Positions 20,807-30,393 of a stretch of DNA of 64,000 nt are shown here, piece after piece. This stretch comes from Polyangiaceae bacterium (GTDB lineage Bacteria; Myxococcota_A; Polyangia; Polyangiales; Polyangiaceae). Numbering within the stretch: the stretch's first letter is position 1; every line of letters begins with the position of its first letter. A program made the translations under genes and the position numbers. The DNA is taken from positions 448,001-512,000 of the forward strand of contig CBDCTZ010000011.1 of the NCBI GenBank assembly GCA_965222375.1, given 5' to 3'. The notes below the pieces were generated by a model. The model searched no databases, was not told the DNA's origin, and saw nothing but the letters and a program-made list of their open reading frames with translations.

Positions 20807-22375
20807 CTAGTGGCGTTCTAACTCGATAGCGCGGGAACCGTCTTTGGCGCCATGACCGTACCAACGCAGCTCCGACCAATACTCGCTCAGCGGCTGCTTC
20901 AAACTCGCACAGTGGTAGACGGGTAGCCGCTCCTCGAAGGGATGCGCGAAGGTTGCCGTGTTGCGCTCGACGACCTCGGCGCTGACGCACAAATCCCTTA
21001 GCACCTTGTCGCGCACCCCCAGCACGAGCAACTGCTTGGGCTCGACGCCGGGCGGACCCCACAGGTGATAGTTCATGTGTCCCGTGACCGCCGGGGGCAG
21101 GTTTTCGCCAAAGAACCGCAGGGCGGAGGCTTCACCATAGTTCCCGGTCAGGATTGCGACTTGCTTGCGGCTGCTGGGAGTCAGGGAGCGGTACGCCCTG
21201 CTGACGGCTTGGGTCATCTCTTCCCAACCATGCTCGTCTCGCAGGTCGTGGGTCAGGGCGATGGGCGGAACAGCCCAACCTAGCGCCTTGCCCATGACTC
21301 GCTCGGTTGCCCGCAAGTCGAACACGGGCAAGCTCGCACAAATACCGAGCACCACTGCTCCGACCCCCGCCAGGTGAACCCCGATACGGCGGCTGGCCCG
21401 CCCTCGCGCCCAGCCTTCCAAGGCCAGCCCCCCGGCGGCAAAGAGCGGAGGGAACGCGGGCGCCAAGTAGTACGGCTTGCCCCCCATCAGCAGAAGCAGG
21501 CCGCACACCACGAGGAATAGGATAGCGAAGGGCCGCGCCGGATGTGTTTTGAGGCGCAGCGCTGTCCAGAGCCCCCAGAGCCACAGCGGCACGGCGATTG
21601 GATTCATGTAGATCAACTGCCCTCCTAGAAAGAGGGGCTTCGGAATCGCGTCCAACACGCCGCTGCGCATTTCGTTCATGAAGTCGAGAGTCGGACAGCC
21701 GTTTTGTAGCTGCCACGCGATATTCGGGGAGAACACGAGCGCTGCGATTCCGGCGCCGAGCCAGGGCCAGCGCGTCTTCAGTTGGATGCGAAGGGCGGGC
21801 GTTGCGATGGCGGCAACGGCGATGCCAGCGCTCCAGAAGAGCATCGTGTGTTTCGTCAACAGCCCTAGACCGGCGACCAAACCAATGAGCGCCCAGCGTC
21901 GCGCATTGCCGTCACGTGCACTTCGCGACACCAGCAGCGCAGCCAGGGTCCACCACATGGGTTCGAAGACTGGGATGCACAAGATCTTGCTCATGCGCAA
22001 GTACGCGGGCGCCGCCAGTACGCCCGCCCCTGCCACACCGCGAGCCAGCAGTCCGCCACCCCATTCGCGCGCCAGGCGCATGGTCAAGGCAACCGTCACG
22101 GCTCCCGCGAGCACCGAGGGCATCCGAAGCGCAGCGATGTGGTGTTCGAAGAGACCCGCCAGGCGCGCCAACCAAGGCACCAAGGGCGCGTGGTCGACGT
22201 AGCCGAAGGCCAGATACTCACCACATTGAATGAAGTAGAATTCGTCTCGGTGGTAGCCATAGCGCCCGATCAGCACGAGGTGTAGCAACACCTTTGCGCC
22301 GACTAACACTGCGACCAGCGCACGCGCACCTGACTGTGCCGCGGCTCCGGACCCAGTCGGCGCCGTGTCGGTCAT
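20807..22375 (-). CDS. GT39/ArnT-type (GT-C fold) membrane glycosyltransferase
   Basis: YGYHRDEFYF, AFGYVDHAPL, many TM helices, GLLTKHT, PNIAWQ and GKPYY motifs. Confidence 0.85.
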   Translation of the reverse strand: MTDTAPTGSGAAAQSGARALVAVLVGAKVLLHLVLIGRYGYHRDEFYFIQCGEYLAFGYVDHAPLVPWLARLAGLFEHHIAALRMPSVLAGAVTVALTMRLAREWGGGLLARGVAGAGVLAAPAYLRMSKILCIPVFEPMWWTLAALLVSRSARDGNARRWALIGLVAGLGLLTKHTMLFWSAGIAVAAIATPALRIQLKTRWPWLGAGIAALVFSPNIAWQLQNGCPTLDFMNEMRSGVLDAIPKPLFLGGQLIYMNPIAVPLWLWGLWTALRLKTHPARPFAILFLVVCGLLLLMGGKPYYLAPAFPPLFAAGGLALEGWARGRASRRIGVHLAGVGAVVLGICASLPVFDLRATERVMGKALGWAVPPIALTHDLRDEHGWEEMTQAVSRAYRSLTPSSRKQVAILTGNYGEASALRFFGENLPPAVTGHMNYHLWGPPGVEPKQLLVLGVRDKVLRDLCVSAEVVERNTATFAHPFEERLPVYHCASLKQPLSEYWSELRWYGHGAKDGSRAIELERH

Positions 22376-22384
22376 GCGTGGTGC

Positions 22385-23800
22385 CTAGGTAATGGGCAAT
22401 CTACGGCGCTGCGCGGCGTCGCGAGGGTGATCGTGCTGTTCGCCTTGGTCCAAGGGCTGGGTCGCGTCGCCCGGAGTGCCTCTCCGATCCTCGCTGATGT
22501 CGGTGCGGTGCCTTTGCCGGCCCATGGCGATCTTGGATTTCGCTAGCCGGTTTTGCATGACATTGAGGGGCAAGAACCCGACGCTCTGCACCCAGCTCGA
22601 CCCTCGACGCAAGGTGAAGCGCTTCGCGATACTTGTCGGCGTGTAGAAGTGCTTCCAAGCGCGAACCCAACCTTCGCGCAGTTGCTCGCGGCTCATGCCC
22701 TTGGGGTGGAAATAGGGAGAGCCCGCGTCGTGGTTCTCGCGCAGCCACCAACGTTCGTCCGTCAGTCGGCCTTCGCGTCCCAAACGCTCGTACAGGGGCG
22801 TGCCTGGGTAGGGCGTCAGGATCCCGAAGGAGGCCATGGTCAACTTCATGCGGATGGCCTCTTCAACGGTGCGGTCGAACACGTTGGGGGTGTCGGTGTC
22901 AAAACCGAACACGAAGCTGCCCCAAACGCTGATCCCGTGGTCGTGCAACATCCTGACGACCTCTCGATACTCACCCGGGCGGTTTTGAGGCTTTTCGGTG
23001 TGGCGAACCGTGGCGTCGTCGATGGACTCGAAGCCGATGAATAGCCCCCTGCAGCCGCTCTTGGCCATGAGCGCGACGTTGTCGATGCGGCGCACGGTTG
23101 CGAGGGAGCACTGCCCAATCCAGTGCTTCTTCAATGGCGCCATGCGCCGAAAGAGCTCTGTCGAGTAGCCGCGATGGATCATGACGTTGTCGTCGGCGAA
23201 CATGATCAGCTTGTTGAGCGTCTCCAGTTCCCGAATCACGTTGTCCACGGGGCGGAAGCGAAACGTCTTTCCATTGGCGGTCGAGACGCTACAAAACTCG
23301 CAAGGGTAGGGGCAGCCCCGCATGGTCTGAACGACCGTGAAGGGAATGTACTTCTTGCTACGGAACAGATCCCGGCGGGGGGCAGGCATCTCCGCGAGAT
23401 CTGGCAACTCGGGTCGGTAGAGCTTGCGTAGCTGACCCGCTTGGAAGTCCTTCAGCACCTGTGGCCAGATGACGTCGGCTTCGCCAACGACCACGCTGTC
23501 AGCGTGCTCCAGTCCTTCCTGCGGGCACGCACTTGGATGGATCCCACCTAGGATGACTTTCCTACCTCGCTTTCGATACGCAGCCGCAATCTCGTAGCTA
23601 CGCCTTGCGGTCTTGCTGTCGACACTGATGCCAACGAGGTCGACGTCTTTCACGTCGTGGTCCAGGTCGAAGGGGCGCACGATTTCGTCGGTGTACACGA
23701 CATCGACGTCCCGAGGCGTCCGCGCCATCAGCACTCCGAGCCCCATGCGAGGCAGGTAGGTGGAGTCCTCGCTCGCGGGCGCGATCAGCTCGAGTCGCAT
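22385..23800 (-). CDS. B12-binding-domain radical SAM protein
   Basis: DLVGIS, ILGGIH, VVGEA, RGCPYPCEFC (CxxxCxxC), DDN, IGFES and TPYPGT motifs. Start MRLELIAP at 23800. Confidence 0.92.
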   Translation of the reverse strand: MRLELIAPASEDSTYLPRMGLGVLMARTPRDVDVVYTDEIVRPFDLDHDVKDVDLVGISVDSKTARRSYEIAAAYRKRGRKVILGGIHPSACPQEGLEHADSVVVGEADVIWPQVLKDFQAGQLRKLYRPELPDLAEMPAPRRDLFRSKKYIPFTVVQTMRGCPYPCEFCSVSTANGKTFRFRPVDNVIRELETLNKLIMFADDNVMIHRGYSTELFRRMAPLKKHWIGQCSLATVRRIDNVALMAKSGCRGLFIGFESIDDATVRHTEKPQNRPGEYREVVRMLHDHGISVWGSFVFGFDTDTPNVFDRTVEEAIRMKLTMASFGILTPYPGTPLYERLGREGRLTDERWWLRENHDAGSPYFHPKGMSREQLREGWVRAWKHFYTPTSIAKRFTLRRGSSWVQSVGFLPLNVMQNRLAKSKIAMGRQRHRTDISEDRRGTPGDATQPLDQGEQHDHPRDAAQRRRLPIT

Positions 23801-23928
23801 GCTGAGCCCAGGGTACCCCGTCCGCCACGGCTCCGGCCCACGAATAGTTCGAACTGCAGGAGTATGCCCCAGCTGTAAGTTCTGGCGGGGCGCCGCGTTT
23901 GCTCCCCATGCCGAACTTGCAATCCAGG

Positions 23929-24780
23929 ATGAAACTGCGTCTTGCGCTGACTCTGGCGGTGGTAGTCGCCGCGGCAACCGCATTGGTCGGCTGCGCGAAG
24001 GACGAGGCCCCCGTGGGCGCAGCACCTGCCGCTGCCGCGTCCCCCCAATCCGAGCCCAGCGACAGCCCGACCAAGCAGCAGGACCGGCAGGTCATCAAGA
24101 GGGCGGAGCTGTCCTTAAGCGTGGCGTCTCCAGCGGAGGCCCAGCGCAGTGCGCTCACCCTCGCGAAGGATCATGGCGGCTACGTCGTCAATTCCGAGCA
24201 ACTCGGTGAGACGGGGAAGGACGGGCCAAAGCGGGTCCGGGTTGTGATGCGCGTTCGCGCGGATCGCTTCGAGGCTGCGCTGAACGCCTTGCGGAAGCTC
24301 GGAAGCCACGTGGGCAGTGAAAGCGTGACGAGCGAAGACGTGACCGAAGAGTTCATGGATCTCGGTGCTCGGCTCCGAACCAAGAAGAAGCTCGAGGAGC
24401 GCTATCTGGCGCTCCTGGACAAAGCGACAACGGTTGAAGACACCTTGAAGGTGGAGAAACACTTGGCCGATGTCCGCGGCGAGATCGAAAAGCTCGAAGG
24501 CCGCCGCAAGTACCTGTCCAACCAGGTTGGCATGGCCACAGTGACGGCGACCTTTACTCGCGAGCGCCCCTTGGTCGCGGTCAGCGGCTCCGCCATCACC
24601 CGAGCGGGCAAGCGGGCCTACGTAGACGCCATCAACGTGAGTGGTGGCATTGTCGTTGGAGGGATCCGAATGGCGGGTTTCCTGATTCCCGTACTGCTCT
24701 TCGTCCTCTGGCCGCTGATCTTGATGGTGCGCTTCGGCGTGAACCGGATTTCCAAGCGACCCGCGCCCACCGGCGCTTGA
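23929..24780 (+). CDS. DUF4349-family lipoprotein
   Basis: Lipobox LVGC, RQVIKRAELSL, GGYV, SEDVTEEFMDL, coiled coil and a C-terminal TM helix. Confidence 0.88.
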   Translation: MKLRLALTLAVVVAAATALVGCAKDEAPVGAAPAAAASPQSEPSDSPTKQQDRQVIKRAELSLSVASPAEAQRSALTLAKDHGGYVVNSEQLGETGKDGPKRVRVVMRVRADRFEAALNALRKLGSHVGSESVTSEDVTEEFMDLGARLRTKKKLEERYLALLDKATTVEDTLKVEKHLADVRGEIEKLEGRRKYLSNQVGMATVTATFTRERPLVAVSGSAITRAGKRAYVDAINVSGGIVVGGIRMAGFLIPVLLFVLWPLILMVRFGVNRISKRPAPTGA

Positions 24781-24787
24781 GTTTCCT

Positions 24788-25060
24788 TCAGCGTCGCTCG
24801 CTATGCCCGAGGTCCCGCTTGGGATCGATGCGGTCACGGATACCCTGCTTGATCTCTTTGGGCTCCGGGAAGCGCTCGGCCAGTTTGCGGTCGAAGATGG
24901 CGTCGCCATCTAGCAGTACCTCGAAGGTGCCGCTCTCCGCGGGGGTGAGCATCACGCGGATCTCTTCGGGGAAGGTCTGGGGGAGCTCTTGGGCGAGCCA
25001 GGCGGCTCGGGTGAGCCAGCGACATTTCACGCAGTAGCGGATTTCGACCAGGGGCTGCAC
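24788..25060 (-). CDS. SelT/SelW/SelH (Rdx) family redox protein, Cys form
   Basis: IRYCVKCRWLTRAAWLAQEL, GTFEV, FPEPKEIKQ and RDLGH motifs. Confidence 0.9.
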   Translation of the reverse strand: MQPLVEIRYCVKCRWLTRAAWLAQELPQTFPEEIRVMLTPAESGTFEVLLDGDAIFDRKLAERFPEPKEIKQGIRDRIDPKRDLGHSERR

Positions 25061-25215
25061 GGCCGGCAGTCTGGCGGGCTCCCAGTGGCCCCGGCCTCGT
25101 GGGCGTTTCTTTTCTTGCGACGGGGGCGCCTGCGGCGGCTCATCCGAGCGTCGCCGCCTTCTGTCTGTCGCCTATCTCAGCGCCAGACCCGCGGGGCGCG
25201 GCCCGAGGCAAGCAG

Positions 25216-26406
25216 ATGCAAACGCTCAAAACTACACTTCTTTTCTTGGCAGCTGGCGCTCTGGCCCCCGGCTGCATCGCCAAGTCTTCAACCGACACGG
25301 ACCTCGGGGCCGCGGGAGCCGCATCCGCCGGCGCGGGGGCCTTTGGCGCCTTTGGTGGGTTCGGCTCCGGCGGTGGTAGCGCCGGCGGTGGAGCAACTCC
25401 TGGTAGCGGCGGGGCCAACACCGGCGGCAGTGCTGCCAAGGGAAGCGGCGGCTTCGGGGCCGGAGGTGGTGGCGCGGGTGCAACGGCGCTGCCGCCAGGT
25501 TGCTTCAATGGTGCGAGCGTCGAGTGCAATCCGCTGACCAACGCGGGCTGCAGTGGTGGCGCCGCTTGTGACGTGGGCATCGACGAGAACCAGGCGACCC
25601 ACCTGATCTGCTACCCGCCGCCCAACCCGGCGCCCCTTGGCGGCGCATGCAATGCCAAGGACGGTCCGTTTTGTGTCCCAGGCTCTGTTTGCACCGGCTC
25701 GCCCGGTACCTGTGTTCCCTTCTGCTGTAGCAACGCCGATTGTGCTGCCGGTACGGCGTGCGCGCCCATCGATCCCGCCATCGGGAGCCTCGGTGGCTGC
25801 ATGGCCGGCGCAGGCGGCAGCGGAGGCGGTGGGGGCGTCGGCGGGAGCAGTGGCGGTGGCGGCACCAGCGGGGCAGGCGGCACGGGTCACGACCTGGTCA
25901 ACTGCACCGGCAGCGGTTGGTCCAGCGGCAGCGTCAGCGGCGTCACGCCTCAGGTCAAGGTCAGTACAGTGCAGACGGATCCATCCGGCAACGTGAAACT
26001 GATCTTGATGCCCAAGGCCGGCACGACGAATGGCGATGTGGTCATCGGTGTGTACTTCTTCGCAAAACCCGGCCAGCTGTCCTACCCGTCCAACGGAAGT
26101 GTCGGTTGCGCGGTGTTGCGCTACCAGAACGGCTGGCAAACCGTAGACAAGTCGCAGCTCTGCGAAGTGAACCTGACCCAGCTGTCTTTCGCGTCAAAAC
26201 CCGGCTCCTGTGACGGCGTCATGGCTGGCAGTTTCAAAGGGGTCTTTTCCGGCAATGCGCCGCTGGGCGGCACCTTCTCCGTGCCTCTGAAGGTTGCGGC
26301 GAGCGAAGTCAAACCGCCCTCTTGCCAAGGAATGAACGGACCTTGCAGTGCCCACTCGGATTGTTGCTCCAAGTCCTGCAGCTTGTTCATCGGTGTGTGC
26401 AATTGA
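25216..26406 (+). CDS. Cys- and Gly-rich myxobacterial lipoprotein
   Basis: Lipobox LAPGC, Gly linkers, a CNPLTNAGC...FCC Cys domain and a C-terminal CSAHSDCCSKSC motif. Confidence 0.75.
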   Translation: MQTLKTTLLFLAAGALAPGCIAKSSTDTDLGAAGAASAGAGAFGAFGGFGSGGGSAGGGATPGSGGANTGGSAAKGSGGFGAGGGGAGATALPPGCFNGASVECNPLTNAGCSGGAACDVGIDENQATHLICYPPPNPAPLGGACNAKDGPFCVPGSVCTGSPGTCVPFCCSNADCAAGTACAPIDPAIGSLGGCMAGAGGSGGGGGVGGSSGGGGTSGAGGTGHDLVNCTGSGWSSGSVSGVTPQVKVSTVQTDPSGNVKLILMPKAGTTNGDVVIGVYFFAKPGQLSYPSNGSVGCAVLRYQNGWQTVDKSQLCEVNLTQLSFASKPGSCDGVMAGSFKGVFSGNAPLGGTFSVPLKVAASEVKPPSCQGMNGPCSAHSDCCSKSCSLFIGVCN

Positions 26407-26489
26407 GACGCTTTGACTCTGCTGATCGAGCATGCTAGTCGGACCCTCCTGGCCTCGCTCGTTGCAAGTTGCGGCCGGGCACGTGGCTC

Positions 26490-27851
26490 ATGTCGCTATC
26501 GAGGAACCGTGCTCTTGCTGTCGCCTTGAGCTTGGCGAGCGTAGTGCTCCAGGCCTGCGGCACCGGTGCTGCGCCGCCGCCGAAGGCTCCCGAGTTTGCC
26601 CCGGAAGGGCAGACCAAATGCGGTATCGTCAAGAGCTCGAGCCGGCCGCTCATTGTCGAGTGGCCGGCGGCGGACCGCGCGCAGCTCGAAGCCGCCGCCA
26701 AGCATGGTATCGCCGCTGTCCGCTATTCCGGTTGCGAAATGGAAGTGCTGCCGCGCTGCGCGCTGACGGGCAATTACCGCTTCACCCCGACCACTCGAAA
26801 ACTCGAGCGTGTCGCCATCCGTGACGCCGACGAGTTGTACGCAGAGTTGCCGGTTGGCGCGGTAAAGCTCGAAGGCAAGTTGGAACAAGCTGGCGTGTTG
26901 GAGGTGGCGATGCACGTCGTGGGTCGCTACGACGCGGCGACCACCGAAGAGAGCAAGCTGGCGGGAGCCTGCAGCGATGCGACCCACGTCATCACTGGAC
27001 TCACTGTGGGCGCGTTCGAGTTTTCCGCAGGAGCGAGCTCCGGTGCGTCCGGCGGCGTCGGGCTGCTTGGAGCCAAAGCCGGGGGCAAAGAACGCCGCGA
27101 AAAACAGCTGCTCAATCGCGATGGCGACGCTCAGGCGTGCTCGTCCTCGTCCTCCACGGACGAAGAGCCGCCGGAAGGCTGCGCCGCTCTGCTGCGGGTG
27201 GAAGTCACGCCAGTGGCGGACCTGGCCGTGGCTGCACCCGTCGAGGTCACCGAACCCGCCGCTGCCGGCGCAGTGGGCGTCGCGAACGGTGGCGCCGATG
27301 TGCGGCCTGGCCCTGGCGTGGTTCGGGTAACCATCAACAGCCCCGAGCCCGTCGAACTGCATGGCATTGGCGTGTCACGACTCGAGCCCGTAGCGGGTGG
27401 CTTCCGCTCTCTGGGGCCGAGCCAGCTGCTGTGTCGCGACGAGTGTGGCCAGTGGCTCGACGCCCGAGTCGGCCAGCGGCTCAGTGTGGGGCGCGAGGAC
27501 ATTCCGTTCTCCGCGCCGATCAACCTGTATAATCAAGAGGGTGACGTTCAGCTCGATGTGGATCCCGGCAGCGGCGCCGCCCTGGGCTGGGGAGTGACCA
27601 GCCTGAGCATCGGCCTGGCCTCTGCAGTGACCGGGCTCTCGTTGCTGGGCACCGGGTTTCTGATCGGCGGAGCGGACTCTTCGGGGTCGAGCGACGACAC
27701 CGCTAGCGATCTGAAGACCTGGGGCTTGGTCACCCTCGGCGGTGGCGGTGCACTGATTGGTGTGGGCATCGTGTTGATGAACGACGGCTCCACCAAAGTG
27801 GAAGTGCGCCCCCGAGCCAGCTTGCCCGCGAGCGCCACGAAGCGGTTCTAA
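26490..27851 (+). CDS. Hypothetical lipoprotein with C-terminal hydrophobic helices
   Basis: Lipobox LQAC, PLIVEWPAADRAQLE domain, and two C-terminal hydrophobic segments. Confidence 0.7.
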   Translation: MSLSRNRALAVALSLASVVLQACGTGAAPPPKAPEFAPEGQTKCGIVKSSSRPLIVEWPAADRAQLEAAAKHGIAAVRYSGCEMEVLPRCALTGNYRFTPTTRKLERVAIRDADELYAELPVGAVKLEGKLEQAGVLEVAMHVVGRYDAATTEESKLAGACSDATHVITGLTVGAFEFSAGASSGASGGVGLLGAKAGGKERREKQLLNRDGDAQACSSSSSTDEEPPEGCAALLRVEVTPVADLAVAAPVEVTEPAAAGAVGVANGGADVRPGPGVVRVTINSPEPVELHGIGVSRLEPVAGGFRSLGPSQLLCRDECGQWLDARVGQRLSVGREDIPFSAPINLYNQEGDVQLDVDPGSGAALGWGVTSLSIGLASAVTGLSLLGTGFLIGGADSSGSSDDTASDLKTWGLVTLGGGGALIGVGIVLMNDGSTKVEVRPRASLPASATKRF

Positions 27852-27980
27852 ACCGCCCCACGTTGCCGCGGGCCGCGCGCTTTTCCCCTCCCGGCCCCCC
27901 CCGGACACCTCGCCAAACGGCGAGAGTAGGGCTCCAGGGCCGCCCCAACGCCGCGACCCCCAAACTTAAGACTTCCAAGG

Positions 27981-28396
27981 CTAGTGATAGGTGCTGGTGA
28001 GGAGCAGTGCCGGCGCGAGGGTGACAAAGGTGACGTCCGCGTTCGTGGTGTCGTGCTCGAGCGACGTGGTCATGAATTGAATGCGTCCAAGGACGCCCAC
28101 GCTCCAGTCATCCGCGATCCACCAATCGTGGCCCACGCCCAGAGCAGAGCCGAAGCCTACGGCGAGTTTGTCGGTGTCGTCGTCGGCGTCGTCGAGCGTG
28201 GCCAGGCCGATAAGCGCCATGGTGTGCAGTCCTTCGTTTTCGTTGACGTAGTAGTCCACGTAGAACCCCAGCAGGTTGCCGGCGAGGGCGCCATCGCCGC
28301 CGCACTCGCTGTCGCCGATCTTCACTTTGGGCGACAAGACGTGAAAGCCCATGTTGCCGCCGCCCAGAACGAGGCCGGGCATGGGCTCGCTCGCAT
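27981..28396 (-). pseudogene. Internally deleted outer-membrane beta-barrel gene
   Basis: Only the C-terminal barrel strands remain (GVGHDWWIADDWSVGVLGR...LTSTYH). The AGGAGG RBS and ATG at 28396 are out of frame with them, and there is no signal peptide. Confidence 0.55.
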
Positions 28397-28426
28397 GCCT
28401 ACCTCCTGCGCGGAGTACAGACGAAC

Positions 28427-28454
28427 GGATTGGTAACCTGCAAGTTACCAATCC
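28427..28454. promoter_or_regulatory. 11-bp perfect inverted repeat (operator or hairpin)
   Basis: GGATTGGTAAC-ctgcaa-GTTACCAATCC; AT-rich and just upstream of an RBS. Confidence 0.55.
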
Positions 28455-28528
28455 ATGGCTGATTCTGCCGCCAGGTTCGGACCCACCTGCCGGTCGAGGC
28501 TCGCGGCGGCAGTTAGAGCCGCGCCCAA

Positions 28529-30331
28529 CTAGCGACGCCGCCGACGCAGCAATCCTAGGAGCAACAAGCTCAGACCCGCGGCCGAAGTTGGCCCCGAGCC
28601 AGCAGTGCGACAGGAACACCCGCCACCCGCGGCTTCCGCGGGGCTCGCGCCGCCAGCGCCCGCGCTGGCATCCGCGCCTGCATCGACACCGCCGTCCGAA
28701 TCCTGGGGCGCAGTGACGGTGCGTTCCGCTTCTTCCATCAGGTGCCCGAAGTGCGGCGGCTGAACGTCCGCCAAAGGGTTGCCGTGGCCATCTTTGGTCC
28801 ATTGCTTGGCGTCCACCAGGGCGCGCCATGAGCGGCGATAGATGAGACGAGCCCGGACCTTCAGCTCGCCGCCGCTGGCAGGCAGTTCGAAACTGTAGTT
28901 CGTCGTGTCCTGCTCGAGAGCCTTGATGCGATTGTCCGAGACGATGTTGACTGCGTCGGTGAAGAACGTTGGGCTCGTTCCTTTGGCGTCTTGGTTGATC
29001 TTGCCATAGAGCTTGCCGGGCAAGCCCGCGTAGTAGCCCTGGGCTGGATCTCCCACGCCACCTAGATCGTGCACGGTCTGGGTGCCGGTATGCTTCAGCT
29101 TCGTGCCGTCTGCGTCTCGCCAGGCCTCGACTAGTAGGATCATGTTGCGGATCGTGACACCGGTGGGCACCGAATGGCCGACTTGGTCGTTGTCGATGGT
29201 CACGGTCGCGGTCAGGTTTCCGGCTTCCAACTTGGCATCGAGGCTCAGGCTCACGGAGTTTTCCAGGAACTCCGGCGTGGTGCCGGGGAAATCGTGGGAG
29301 CGGATGTCGCCGTTGGGGCGACCCAAGTTGGGCGTGATGTCGTTGCAAGCTTGGCCCGCGCCCGTGGGCTTCATGTGGCATGTGACACAGGTGGCGTATT
29401 TGGGAGACTTCGGGTCGGCGTAGGATGAATCGAGCCATTCCAGGTAGGTGGGCTCGCTGATGATGCCGTCGCTCTCTTCGAAGTCGCCGTCACCGTCAGG
29501 ATCATTCTTGTCCTGGTGGCAGGTGGCACAGACCAGCGCGCCGAGCTGGGGTTGGTAGGACGCGCGCATTTCCGCGTCGCTAAAGGTCGCGTCGCCGAGC
29601 AGACCAAACATGATCGGGAAGGGCGCGTTGGCCGGTGGCCGAAGCAAGGTCACCGAGCCTGGGTAGACTCCGGGGAAGTTCGGTTTGGCGGGGTCGACGT
29701 CAGCCATCTTGTGACAGATCTCGCAGGAGATCCCGCGCTTGGCTCCGTCGGACAAGGCGCCCAGGGCCTCCATGGCGGTGAAAGGCTTTTTGACCCAGGG
29801 CTCGGGCTGGTGACATGAAGCGCAATCGCTCTCTGGATGCTTCGACGCGTGCACGGAGTCGCGGGTGTACACGAAGCCGCCCTTGCCATAAGTGGTGCCG
29901 CTGCCGTCGTAGATGTCGTAGACCCACGTGTTCTCGCCCGCATGCTTCATGGGCGACTTGCTCCACTGTTCGTATTGCTGCGGGTGGCAGGTCGCGCAAG
30001 TCTCGGGCAGTGTGAAGTCCGCCGTCGGGTCGACGGTCATGTCCACCGCAGTGAGCTCGATGTTTAGGCCCGTCGCTGGAGCGTCAGCACTGACGCCCTC
30101 ATTGTAGAAGCCCTTCTTGGCGCCAACGATGATGAGCCCGGTGCCGCTCGCCGACGGCAGAGAAAACGCGCCCGACGCATCCGTCGTGGTTTCGACGGCC
30201 TTCGCCTGAACCTTCACGCGGGCGTCGGCGATGGGCAGCCCGCTTTGCTTGTCCTTGACGACGCCGGAGACCTGCGCCTGCGCTGCGTCCCCAACCAAAC
30301 ACAGCGAAACAATCAGTCCCCATTTCCTCAT
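28529..30331 (-). CDS. Pentaheme cytochrome c with a carboxypeptidase-regulatory-like N-domain and MYXO-CTERM
   Basis: Signal peptide, VSGVVKD..GLPIADARV, five CxxCH motifs (CATCH, CASCH, CEICH, CATCH, CVTCH) and a GGCSC...LLRRRRR tail. Confidence 0.9.
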   Translation of the reverse strand: MRKWGLIVSLCLVGDAAQAQVSGVVKDKQSGLPIADARVKVQAKAVETTTDASGAFSLPSASGTGLIIVGAKKGFYNEGVSADAPATGLNIELTAVDMTVDPTADFTLPETCATCHPQQYEQWSKSPMKHAGENTWVYDIYDGSGTTYGKGGFVYTRDSVHASKHPESDCASCHQPEPWVKKPFTAMEALGALSDGAKRGISCEICHKMADVDPAKPNFPGVYPGSVTLLRPPANAPFPIMFGLLGDATFSDAEMRASYQPQLGALVCATCHQDKNDPDGDGDFEESDGIISEPTYLEWLDSSYADPKSPKYATCVTCHMKPTGAGQACNDITPNLGRPNGDIRSHDFPGTTPEFLENSVSLSLDAKLEAGNLTATVTIDNDQVGHSVPTGVTIRNMILLVEAWRDADGTKLKHTGTQTVHDLGGVGDPAQGYYAGLPGKLYGKINQDAKGTSPTFFTDAVNIVSDNRIKALEQDTTNYSFELPASGGELKVRARLIYRRSWRALVDAKQWTKDGHGNPLADVQPPHFGHLMEEAERTVTAPQDSDGGVDAGADASAGAGGASPAEAAGGGCSCRTAGSGPTSAAGLSLLLLGLLRRRRR

Positions 30332-30393
30332 GGACACTAGGATCGACCCAAAACTACGGGTCGCCACTGACACCCGTCATGGGGCCTAGCGAG

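Noticed and set aside
3488..23902. Additional GG-N10-GC sigma-54-like boxes at 3488-3501 (-) and 23889-23902 (+)
   Set aside because: The match beyond the dinucleotides is weak, and chance hits are likely at this GC content.
24788..25060. SelW-like gene as a selenoprotein
   Set aside because: The motif is CVKC with ordinary Cys codons and no in-frame TGA.
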